Source of the DNA: an uncultured Spirochaetota bacterium
Lineage (GTDB): Bacteria > Spirochaetota > Spirochaetia > SZUA-6 > Fen-1364
Assembly (NCBI GenBank): GCA_963745235.1
Contig: CAVUXE010000084.1
Coordinates: 27,507 to 91,506, forward strand
Direction of reading: 5' to 3'
DNA: 64,000 nucleotides
Shown one piece after another: positions 49,310 to 57,930 of this stretch. Position numbers and translations under genes: made by a program. The notes under the pieces were generated by a model, which was not told where the DNA came from, ran no database searches, and worked only from the letters and a program-made list of their open reading frames with translations. Every line of letters begins with the position of its first letter. Position 1 is the first letter of the stretch.

Positions 49310-49327
49310 TGTCGAAGCCTTCTGACA
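49310..49327. promoter_or_regulatory. 18-bp palindrome, candidate NarL/GacA-family binding box
   Basis: Minus strand reads TGTCAGAAGGCTTCGACA, upstream of the 49209 gene. Confidence 0.6.
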
Positions 49328-49340
49328 GGCAGCGGGTGCG

Positions 49341-49975
49341 TCAGTCCAGGAGGCCATGCTCGACCGCGTAGCGCACGAGCTCCGCGGTGTTTTTGAGGCT
49401 CAGCTTGGAAAGGACGCGTGAACGGTAGGTCCCGACCGTTGCCGGGCTGAGGAAGAGCTCGGAGGCGATCTCGGTCACTCCCTTGCCCGAGGCAAGCAGG
49501 CACAGCACCCGGTATTCACGGTCGGAGAGCTTCTCGTACGCGGGGCGGGCTCGCTTGCCGGAGACCTCTTCGGCAAGCTGCTCCGCAAGCGACGGGCTGA
49601 TGTATTTCCCCCGGTGCCGAGCTTGCGGATTGCCGTGAGAAGCTCTGCCGGCTCGCTGCCCTTGACCAGGTACCCGGATGCCCCCGCCCGAATGGCGCGC
49701 ATTCCGAGCTGGCTCTCCGTGTGCATGCTCATGACGAGAACGGGTATTTTCGGGTAATCCCGCGAAAGCGTCTTCAGGAGCTCGATTCCGTCCTGGCCGC
49801 CGGGCAGGCAGATGTCGAGGATGATGACGTCGCACCCGTGGCTGGCCAGCCGGGAGATGAGCTCCTGGCCGCTTGCCGCCTCCTCCTCGATGCTGATGTC
49901 CTTCTGTTTCTGGATGATCATCCTGACGCCTTCGCGGACGATGGGATGGTCATCACAAATGATTACCCGTATCAC
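49341..49975 (-). CDS. NarL/LuxR-family response regulator, UvrY/GacA-like (indel in a G-run near 49610)
   Basis: DDHPIVREG, GASGYLVK, LSDREYRVL and TVGTYRSRVLSKL. Confidence 0.92.
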
Positions 49976-50077
49976 CGCGTCTCCTTGCTGCCCCAGGTGA
50001 GATCACCGATTGTAGTGCAAAGGCGGCGCGATGTCACCATGCGGCCGCGCGTGCGCCTGCTTGCGGCGCACTCCCCC

Positions 50078-51106
50078 TCAGGGGGCAGCGGCCCGGTACT
50101 GGATGATGACGGGGCCGCTGGGGGCCGCCGCGCCTTCCGCCGGTTCCACCGTCACTTCCACTGCCTCGGGAAGCTTCGCGAGCGCCTGGTTCTCAGCGAT
50201 GATGACCGCGTTCCCGTCCGCTCCAGGGGCTGCACGGCCGACCGGGACCCACGCGCCGTTGCTCAGGACCCACGCCTGGTATGTGGTTGCGGGGGCAAGC
50301 GGATCCAGGTTGTGGAGCGTGATCACCGCCAGCGCCGTCCCGGTCCTGCCCCGGTACGCCCCGTGCGTGCGGGCAGGCGCACCGGGACCGGCCGCCAGGT
50401 GCAGCGTCGTGATGTCGCTTGCCGTGACGAAAGCCAGGGCGCGGTCGGTCTTCTGCGCGACCATCTCCTGGTGGCGGGCGCGGACCGCGACGCCCACGGA
50501 GAGCGCCAGCACCACAACGGCCACTCCCAGGGGAGCAAGGAGGAAGCGGAGCTTCCTGATGCCTGACCTGATTCGGGTCTTCACGGTCCCGAGGGGGAGC
50601 CGCAGGGTCTCCGCCACCTGGTCATGCGTCAGGTCTTCGAAGAACGCCAGGCTGAGCGCCTGCCGCTGACCGGGGGACAGCCTGTCCACTGCTGACTGGA
50701 CAGCTTCCTTGCGAAACTCCTGCCACGCAGTCTCAACGGGCCCTTCGTTCCCGTCTGCAAGATCCTCCACAAGCTCGCCGCCGACATCCGGGTCCAGCTG
50801 CGGTCTGCGGCTGCGCCGGCGCAGCTCGTTCAGCACCCTGAAATGTGCCACCTGGAGGAGCCATGGGCGGAAGGGCCCCCGGCGCGGGTCGTAGGTGTGT
50901 GCCTTGCGCCACAGTGCCAGGAAGACCTCCTGGACGATGTCCTCCGCGGCGCCGGTGTCGAGGCTCTGGGCAGCAATATGAAACACAAGGGGCGCGTACC
51001 GCGAGTACAGCGGCGTCAGCGCCTCGGGCTCGCCATCGGCCAGCCGGCGGGCCAGCTCTTCATCTGTCCTGGTGTCCCGCTGTGCACTATCCCTGCCAGG
51101 CATCAT
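50078..51106 (-). CDS. ECF sigma factor (SigK-like) fused to a TM helix and RskA-like extracytoplasmic domain
   Basis: AEDIVQEVF and GTVKTRIRSG, then directly LLAPLGVAVVVLALSVGVAV, then YQAW and VTVEPAEG..PSGP. Confidence 0.88.
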   Translation of the reverse strand: MMPGRDSAQRDTRTDEELARRLADGEPEALTPLYSRYAPLVFHIAAQSLDTGAAEDIVQEVFLALWRKAHTYDPRRGPFRPWLLQVAHFRVLNELRRRSRRPQLDPDVGGELVEDLADGNEGPVETAWQEFRKEAVQSAVDRLSPGQRQALSLAFFEDLTHDQVAETLRLPLGTVKTRIRSGIRKLRFLLAPLGVAVVVLALSVGVAVRARHQEMVAQKTDRALAFVTASDITTLHLAAGPGAPARTHGAYRGRTGTALAVITLHNLDPLAPATTYQAWVLSNGAWVPVGRAAPGADGNAVIIAENQALAKLPEAVEVTVEPAEGAAAPSGPVIIQYRAAAP

Positions 51107-51113
51107 GAATGTC

Positions 51114-51141
51114 AGTACACCGGATGCACGCACCCGGATGT
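51114..51141 (-). promoter_or_regulatory. Candidate ECF (SigK-like) autoregulatory promoter
   Basis: ACATCC-N16-TGTACT, 7 nt before the sigma ATG, with no SD. Confidence 0.4.
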
Positions 51142-51209
51142 ATGCGCCCCCGATCTAAGGTATCACATCGGGACGGGCCGAGGCACGGAAAGTTGGTTAC
51201 TATAGTGCT

Positions 51210-51968
51210 ATGCCGCTGACACCACTTCAGATCAAAGACCTTCTGGATGAGAACAGGACGCACGACTGCGAGGGAGTCGGAAAGGACCGGGTCTGCGTTC
51301 GAATCGCCTCGATTGCGGACCTGCCGTCGCGCTTCGGGCAGTTCCAGGTGGTCGCGTTCTGGAACAACCGCGACGGGAAAGAGCACGCGGCCTTCGTGCA
51401 CGGGGACGTCTCCGGCAGGGAAGAGGTGCCCGTGCGGATGCACTCCGAGTGCCTCACGGGAGACGCCATCGGCTCCCTGCGCTGCGATTGCCGCGACCAG
51501 CTGGAGGCATCCCTGCGCGCCCTGGGCTCCATGGAAAGCGGGATGCTGCTGTATCTTCGCCAGGAGGGACGCGGGATCGGCTTCGTCAACAAGATCAGGG
51601 CCTATGGCCTCCAGGACCACGGCTACGACACCGTCGAGGCGAACCTTGCCCTCGGCTTCCGGGACGACGAACGCGACTACAGCATCGCGGCGCACATGAT
51701 CTGGTCCCTTCACGTGAAGTCGGTGAGGTTGATGACGAACAACCCGCGCAAGATTGACGGCCTCACGTCCCTGGGGGTCCGCGTCTCGGAGCGCATCCCG
51801 CTCATCATCCAGCCCAATGAGTACAATCGGTTCTATCTCCAGACGAAGGCAAACAAGTCAGGACACCTCCTGGATCCGGAAGGCAAGGAGCACCTGCTGG
51901 AGCAGATCGACAGGCCCGTCATTGACGGAATGACCTCGGACCAGGCCGCAGTCCTTCAGGAGGAGTGA
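51210..51968 (+). CDS. ribA: GTP cyclohydrolase II
   Basis: RMHSECLTGD...RCDC, QEGRGIG and MTNNP. Confidence 0.96.
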   Translation: MPLTPLQIKDLLDENRTHDCEGVGKDRVCVRIASIADLPSRFGQFQVVAFWNNRDGKEHAAFVHGDVSGREEVPVRMHSECLTGDAIGSLRCDCRDQLEASLRALGSMESGMLLYLRQEGRGIGFVNKIRAYGLQDHGYDTVEANLALGFRDDERDYSIAAHMIWSLHVKSVRLMTNNPRKIDGLTSLGVRVSERIPLIIQPNEYNRFYLQTKANKSGHLLDPEGKEHLLEQIDRPVIDGMTSDQAAVLQEE

Positions 51969-52735
51969 TGGCGCCAGCTCCCCGGAAGGACCTCCCCATC
52001 ATGGCCTTCGAATCCGCGGGGGCGTGGGAGGCGTGGCTCGCCGGGAACCATTCCCGTTCTTCGGGCATCTGGCTGAAGCTCGCGAAGCGCGACAGCGCGG
52101 CGCCATCCGTGTCGTACGCCGAGGCGCTGGAGGTGGCACTCTGTTACGGATGGATCGACGGCCAGAAGGAGAGGTTGGATGCATCCTGGTGGCTGCAGAA
52201 GTTCACCCCGCGCGGGCCAAAGAGCATCTGGTCACGGATCAACAGGGAGAAGGCGGATGCCCTGGCGGCACGCGGCCTGATGAAGCCCGCCGGGCTTGCG
52301 GCAATTGCGAGCGCCAGGAAAGACGGCCGCTGGGACAAGGCCTACGCCTCGCAGAAAGCAGCTGCCGTGCCGCCGGACCTGAAGGCGGAGCTCGACAAGG
52401 ACCCCCGGGCGCGGACGTTCTTTTCAACCCTGAGCAGCGTGAACAGGTATGCAATCCTGTTCAGGCTCCACAACGCGAAGAAGCCGGAAACGCGCGCGCG
52501 GCGGCTTCGACGTTTCATGGACATGCTGAGAAGAGGGGAGACTATTCACCCGCAGGAGAAAGCACAGGCTCCGGCGAGCGCAAGCTCCCCGTCGCGTCGA
52601 AGACCCGATGATGCGAACAAGGACACAGAAGGAGTTGCACGCATGCGGCATCCCGCATCGAAGCGCGCGCGAGGCACGGGGTCCAGCAGGCGCCGCCGGG
52701 ATTCTGACGAAACTGCTCACCGCGGACGCCCGTGA
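51968..52735 (+). CDS. YdeI/OmpD-associated family protein
   Basis: ALCYGWIDG, FTPR...WS.IN and AKKPETRARR. Confidence 0.9.
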   Translation: MAPAPRKDLPIMAFESAGAWEAWLAGNHSRSSGIWLKLAKRDSAAPSVSYAEALEVALCYGWIDGQKERLDASWWLQKFTPRGPKSIWSRINREKADALAARGLMKPAGLAAIASARKDGRWDKAYASQKAAAVPPDLKAELDKDPRARTFFSTLSSVNRYAILFRLHNAKKPETRARRLRRFMDMLRRGETIHPQEKAQAPASASSPSRRRPDDANKDTEGVARMRHPASKRARGTGSSRRRRDSDETAHRGRP

Positions 52736-52844
52736 AGACGGCGCGATCACAGCGGGCCATGAGAGCCGTGCTGCGGCACCCCGCGTCAGACCGCCGCGCC
52801 GGGCGTCTGGCCGCGGCGCCCCGCTGGTCAGTATCATAGTCTGG

Positions 52845-53693
52845 ATGGCGAAGGAGCTTCGCAGATTCACGGCGGACGACCTTGCCCGGTTCAACGGGGA
52901 GAACGGGACACCCATCTACATCGCCTTCGAAGGCCGGGTCTTCGACGTGACGGCAAGCAAGTTCTGGCGGGGCGGCACTCACATGAAGCGTCACCCCTCC
53001 GGCACGGACCTCACGGACCAGATGTCGGCTGCGCCCCACGACACGGAGGTGCTGGATCGTTTCCCGCAGATCGGCATCCTGGTTTCACCGGCAGGTGCGG
53101 CGGAAGTCGCGGCCCGGTCCGCCGGGAAGGCGGAAGCTCCGTCCCCCGCGCAGTCGGATGCGCCCACCACGGCGGAAACGGCGCTGCCGGGCCTGCCGCA
53201 GGCCCTCGAACGGTTCCTGGATCTGCACCCGTTTTTCCGCCGGCACCCGCACCCAATGACCGTTCACTTCCCCATCGTCTTCTTCATCTTCGCGCCCCTG
53301 TTCACGGTCCTGTACCTGGCGACGGGAAACGGGGGCTTCGAGTTCACCGCGCTCAATTGCCTCGCTGCCGGGCTTCTCTTCTCCCTCGTCGTCATCCCCA
53401 CCGGCCTGATCACATGGTGGGTCGGTTACGGGGCCCGGCCCATGAGGGCCGTGACAATAAAGATCGTCCTGTCAGTGTGCCTGTTCGTGGATGGGCTCGT
53501 GCTCCTTCTGTGGCGCCTCGGTGACCCGGGAGTCATAACGCGGCCGGCGGGGCCGAGTCTTCTCTTCCTGATACTTGATTTCCTCCTTCTCCCGATGGTC
53601 GTCGTGGTGGCCTGGTATGGGGCCACGCTGACTTTCCCGCTGGCAAGGAAAAGGAGGCCCGGGTCTCACATACCCGGAGCTCACGCCCAATGA
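52845..53693 (+). CDS. Cytochrome b5 heme domain fused to a DUF2231-like membrane domain
   Basis: F.GRVFDVT..W.GG.H..H.SG.DLT...APH, then HPMTVHFPI and four TM helices. Confidence 0.85.
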   Translation: MAKELRRFTADDLARFNGENGTPIYIAFEGRVFDVTASKFWRGGTHMKRHPSGTDLTDQMSAAPHDTEVLDRFPQIGILVSPAGAAEVAARSAGKAEAPSPAQSDAPTTAETALPGLPQALERFLDLHPFFRRHPHPMTVHFPIVFFIFAPLFTVLYLATGNGGFEFTALNCLAAGLLFSLVVIPTGLITWWVGYGARPMRAVTIKIVLSVCLFVDGLVLLLWRLGDPGVITRPAGPSLLFLILDFLLLPMVVVVAWYGATLTFPLARKRRPGSHIPGAHAQ

Positions 53694-55057
53694 GCGTTTT
53701 CACCGACACCCTGCTCCTCTCCCGGCTCCAGTTCGGCATGACGACGCTCTACCACATGATCTGGCCGACTCTCTCGGTGGGCTTGAGCCTCACCCTTGTC
53801 ATCCTGGAGGCGCTCTGGCTGCGCACGGGTGACCCGGCCTGGTACCGTCACCTGCGCTTCTGGAGCCGGCTGCTCCTCCTCAACTTCTCCGTCGGCGTGG
53901 CCACCGGCCTCGTCATGGAGTTCCAGTTCGGCACCAACTGGGAGCCCTTCACGGAGGCGACGGGCGGCTTCTTCGGAAACATCCTTGGCCTCGAAGGCAC
54001 CCTCGCGTTCATGCTGGAGGCCGGGTTCCTGGGAATCATGATGTTCGGCTGGCGCAAGGTTCCCCGCGGCCTGCACATGGTCTCCACCGTGCTGGTTGCC
54101 TTCGGGGCATCCCTGTCCGCATTCTGGATCCTCGTTGCCAACTCCTGGATGCAGACCCCGGCGGGCGGGCATTTCGAGCATGGACGGTTTGTCGTGGATA
54201 ATTTCCTTGGCGCCCTTTTCAACTCCGACATGATCACCTCGACGACGCACATGTGGGCGGCGTGCATCGAGACCACGGCTTTCGTCGTGGGAGGAATCAG
54301 CGCGTGGTATATCCTGCGCGGGCGCCAGCCCGAGTTCTTCCTGAGAACACTGAAGGTCGCCCTTGTGCTTGCCCTTGTCATGACCCCTCTGCAGATCTTT
54401 CTCGGGGACGCGCAAGGTCTCCACATCTATCGGACCCAGCCGGAGAAGCTTGCGGCCATGGAATCGCACTGGAAAACCAATCCGCCGGGCGCAGGGGCGG
54501 CCTTCAACATCATTGCGTGGCCTGACGACGCGGGGGAACGCAACTCTTTTGAAGTCCAGGTGCCTTACCTCCTCAGCCTGCTGGAGACCCGTTCGTTCAC
54601 GGGACAGGTGAAGGGGCTTTCGGAGTTTCCCCCCGACGCCCGGCCGCCCGTCGTGATCCCGTTCTATTCTTTTCGGATCATGGTGTTGATCGGTTTCCTC
54701 CTGTTCGGGCTCATGGTGTGGACACTTGTCGTGTGGCTGCGCGGCGGCCTTGCCCTTTCGCGCATCCGGACCAGGCGGGCGCTCCTGCGCGCCTGGATGT
54801 GGTCCCTTCCCCTGGGGTACATCGCCGTTGAGACGGGGTGGCTCGCCCGCGAAGAGGGCCGGCAGCCGTGGCTCATCTACAGGGTGCTGCGGACCGCAGA
54901 TGCCGTGAGCTCGCTTCCTCCCTGGGTTGTCGGCATGTCCCTGCTGGCGCTCTTCGCCATCTATGCCCTTCTCACCGTGTTCTTCCTGATCTATGCGGGG
55001 CGGATGCTTTCGAAAGGGCCCGACCTTTCCCTGGTTCCTCCCGGGGAAGGAAGCTGA
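53690..55057 (+). CDS. cydA: Cytochrome bd quinol oxidase subunit I (short Q-loop)
   Basis: RLQF....YH, EFQFGTNW, NSWMQTP, QPEKLAAME and GRQPW. Confidence 0.96.
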   Translation: MSVFTDTLLLSRLQFGMTTLYHMIWPTLSVGLSLTLVILEALWLRTGDPAWYRHLRFWSRLLLLNFSVGVATGLVMEFQFGTNWEPFTEATGGFFGNILGLEGTLAFMLEAGFLGIMMFGWRKVPRGLHMVSTVLVAFGASLSAFWILVANSWMQTPAGGHFEHGRFVVDNFLGALFNSDMITSTTHMWAACIETTAFVVGGISAWYILRGRQPEFFLRTLKVALVLALVMTPLQIFLGDAQGLHIYRTQPEKLAAMESHWKTNPPGAGAAFNIIAWPDDAGERNSFEVQVPYLLSLLETRSFTGQVKGLSEFPPDARPPVVIPFYSFRIMVLIGFLLFGLMVWTLVVWLRGGLALSRIRTRRALLRAWMWSLPLGYIAVETGWLAREEGRQPWLIYRVLRTADAVSSLPPWVVGMSLLALFAIYALLTVFFLIYAGRMLSKGPDLSLVPPGEGS

Positions 55058-55058
55058 A

Positions 55059-56063
55059 ATGGAACAGCTCCTTCCGGCCGTGTGGTTTGCGATCCTCGGC
55101 TTCATCCTCCTTCTTTACACGATGCTGGACGGCTTCGACCTGGGAGTGGGGATTGTCTCCCTCCTGGTGAAGGACGACCGGGAACGCGGACTCCTGATGG
55201 CCAGCCTGGGAAGCATCTGGGACGCCAACGAGACGTGGCTCGTTCTCTTTGGCGGGATCATTTTCGGCGCGTTTCCCGCCGTCTATGGCCTGGTGATGAC
55301 CGCCCTGTACATTCCGCTGATCGGCATGCTCATCGGCCTCATTTTTCGCGCGGTTTCATTCGAGTTCCGCGAGCACGCGAAGAGCAAGAAGCCCTGGGGC
55401 CTTGCTTTCGGGTGGGGAAGCCTTCTCACCGCCGTGAGTCAGGGGTTCGCGTTCGGTGGGCTGCTGTGGGGCGTCACTATCACCACCGGCAAATACACGG
55501 GAGGGGTTTTCGACTGGCTTTCCCCCTTTTCCATTATCACCGCGGTTGCGGTTGTCGGCGGATACGTGATGTTCGGATCGACATACATCATCATGAAAAC
55601 GCAGGGTCCCGTGGCCGGATTCGGGCGACGCATGACCGGATGGGGGGCCGGGATCGCGGCCCTGGGCGGTCTTGCTGATACCATTCTCGCAGTCGGGAAA
55701 TACCCGTTTCTCTCCCAGAAATGGACGGCAATTCCCGGCTCTTTTCTCACGATCGTCCCGTTCGTCCTGGGACTTGGTGCCTTCGGGATGATGCTGCTCG
55801 CAATCAGGCGGGGTCGGGAGACGCTTCCTTTTGTCTGCGCGCTCCTGTTCGCATTTTTCGGCTACGTTGCGCTGTCCGCGAACTACTTCCCCATCATCGT
55901 GCCCCCCGGACTCACCGTCTATGAGACCGCGGCCCAGCCCCTCACCCTCCGTTCGATGCTGATCGCTGTCTCGGTGGCGCTCCCCGTCCTGCTTGCCTAC
56001 AACATCCTGCAGTACTGGATCTTCCGCGGCAAGACGACCGGGTCCCTGTACGGAGGCGAATAG
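55059..56063 (+). CDS. cydB: Cytochrome bd quinol oxidase subunit II
   Basis: LDGFDLGVG, WDANETWLV and FRAVSFEFR. Confidence 0.96.
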   Translation: MEQLLPAVWFAILGFILLLYTMLDGFDLGVGIVSLLVKDDRERGLLMASLGSIWDANETWLVLFGGIIFGAFPAVYGLVMTALYIPLIGMLIGLIFRAVSFEFREHAKSKKPWGLAFGWGSLLTAVSQGFAFGGLLWGVTITTGKYTGGVFDWLSPFSIITAVAVVGGYVMFGSTYIIMKTQGPVAGFGRRMTGWGAGIAALGGLADTILAVGKYPFLSQKWTAIPGSFLTIVPFVLGLGAFGMMLLAIRRGRETLPFVCALLFAFFGYVALSANYFPIIVPPGLTVYETAAQPLTLRSMLIAVSVALPVLLAYNILQYWIFRGKTTGSLYGGE

Positions 56064-56104
56064 CGGGCGTCGGGAAGCGGGCGTCGGGAGGCGGGCGTCA
56101 GAAG
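56063..56104. repeat. 14-bp tandem repeat, three copies, between convergent genes
   Basis: GCGGGCGTCGGGAA / GCGGGCGTCGGGAG / GCGGGCGTCAGAAG. Confidence 0.85.
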
Positions 56105-56112
56105 GCCGCTTC

Positions 56113-56973
56113 TCAGCCCGGCGTGGTCTCCTGGAAGTCCATGACCTCCGCAAGCTCGGTCGGCGGATAGATTTGCCCTGGAATGGGCGGCATGGGATTA
56201 TAGACCCAGCTCACTTGCGCCACGCCGCAGCGAACGCCTCCGAAGCGTCGCGCGCCCTGATAGGGGCCCCGCACGAGCACGTCTTCCATCTTCAGCGACA
56301 AGCAGAAGACGGCGAGGGACGCCCCCGCCGGGATTTCTTCCAGCTCATCCGTGAACGCCTGAGTGGAAAAGGCGACGACGTCTCCCGGGCACGGCTGCGC
56401 CTGGATGACAGGCACGATCCTGGGGAACCCGTCCTGGTGGACCCAGGCCGCGAACTTCAGGTTGCCCATGCCGCTCATGAGCTGGCCAGTCCCGCCGGAA
56501 AAAGCGGGGGAGGATTGCCGGGAGCGCCCGAAAAGGCTTGCCGCTTTTGTTGCAAGCGCCGCCGTGACGATGCGGCCCATCGGGAGATGCTCCCTGCCGC
56601 CGTGCTGGACCAGGTCGAAGCTGAAAACCGTGTGGATCCCGACGTACGCGTTGTACCGGAACATGGGGACCTTGTTGTATTCGTCGAGCTCCGGCCCTGC
56701 CTGCGTCGTGCCCGTGAAAAGAGCCCTGCCACGCCACATGTCCCGCTGGAGGGTCATGACGAGAAACCCGACGCGAGGGTTGTTCCTCACGTGGCATTTT
56801 CCCCGGCCCTCAATGAACTGGCCGAAGGTGAGCCGCGTGGACGATGCGGCCTGGAGGCTGGAAAGGAGCGTGATGTGCGGAAGCCCGTCCTCGTTCACGG
56901 TGGCCAGCAGACCGACCTTCATGGCCGGGCGGAGGCTTTCGATCTCCTGCTCAGAGAACGTGGTGTGTCTCAT
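56113..56973 (-). CDS. Tandem pyridoxamine-5'-phosphate-oxidase-like (split-barrel) protein
   Basis: LATVNEDGLPH...NNPRVGF and a second copy AWVHQDGFPRIVP. Confidence 0.75.
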   Translation of the reverse strand: MRHTTFSEQEIESLRPAMKVGLLATVNEDGLPHITLLSSLQAASSTRLTFGQFIEGRGKCHVRNNPRVGFLVMTLQRDMWRGRALFTGTTQAGPELDEYNKVPMFRYNAYVGIHTVFSFDLVQHGGREHLPMGRIVTAALATKAASLFGRSRQSSPAFSGGTGQLMSGMGNLKFAAWVHQDGFPRIVPVIQAQPCPGDVVAFSTQAFTDELEEIPAGASLAVFCLSLKMEDVLVRGPYQGARRFGGVRCGVAQVSWVYNPMPPIPGQIYPPTELAEVMDFQETTPG

Positions 56974-57926
56974 TCCTCTCTCCTTCGCGCTGCGCCGGTG
57001 ACGGACACAATGCCGGGGTCCACCCCTGATGCGCGGGCGTACCCGGCAAGCTCATCGAGCTCTTCCCTGGTGAAAAGCGGGGTCTGGGCGTATTCCCATG
57101 CGATCCCGAGCCTTTGATACTTGTCCCTGCAGAGATTGTTGAAAGCGCAGAGCTCCCATCTTTCGACCGCGCTGCCTGCCGTCTCGGTCAGGAACCTGCC
57201 GATGGAGACGAGGTTGTCCCGCGTAGCGGTGGCTCCCGGGACGAGCGGCGTGCGGACCCAGAGTGAACCCTTTCCTCGCCGCGCGGCATCGGCCACGGTG
57301 ACGAAGTTCAACAGTATCAGCTCGTTGGACTGGCCGGTAAGCTCCTGGTGGCGGACCGGGTCCATCACCTTGAGGTCATACAGCACCATGGTCGCGAATG
57401 GCAGCGCTTCCGCCAGGACCTCCGGCGCGGCATGACCACAGGTGTCGAGGGCGGTCTGGATTCCTTCCGAGCGCAGGCCCTCAAGGAGCGCGGAGGTGAA
57501 GGCCGGCTGCGCAAGCGGCTCACCGCCTGACAGCGTCACACCGCCTCCGGACTGTTTGTAGTATTCCCGGTCCCGGACCAGCTCACGCGTCAGCGCACCG
57601 ACGTCGGTCGGTCTGCCGGCAATCTCAAGCGCGTTGGCAGGGCACTCGGAGGCGCATGTCCCGCAACCCGTGCAGCTCTCACGCCTGATGCGCACCCCTG
57701 CCGTGGAGAGCGAGATGTTGGCCGCGCTGCAGGCTGCAACGCACGAGCCGCAGCCGAGGCAGCGCGTGAAAAACCACTGGAGCTGCGGCTTCCCCGAGAT
57801 GCTCTCCGGGTTCTGGCACCACCGGCAGGCAAGAGGGCAGCGTTTGAAGAAGACCGTGGAGCGGATGCCCGGCCCGTCCTGGGTGGAGAAGCGCTGGATG
57901 CTGACGATGGTGCCGTCTTCCCTCAT
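56970..57926 (-). CDS. Glycyl-radical enzyme activating protein (radical SAM with ferredoxin insert)
   Basis: DGPGIR, CPLACRWCQNPE, two CxxCxxCxxxC motifs and SGGEP. Confidence 0.95.
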   Translation of the reverse strand: MREDGTIVSIQRFSTQDGPGIRSTVFFKRCPLACRWCQNPESISGKPQLQWFFTRCLGCGSCVAACSAANISLSTAGVRIRRESCTGCGTCASECPANALEIAGRPTDVGALTRELVRDREYYKQSGGGVTLSGGEPLAQPAFTSALLEGLRSEGIQTALDTCGHAAPEVLAEALPFATMVLYDLKVMDPVRHQELTGQSNELILLNFVTVADAARRGKGSLWVRTPLVPGATATRDNLVSIGRFLTETAGSAVERWELCAFNNLCRDKYQRLGIAWEYAQTPLFTREELDELAGYARASGVDPGIVSVTGAARRREE

Positions 57927-57930
57927 CGGA

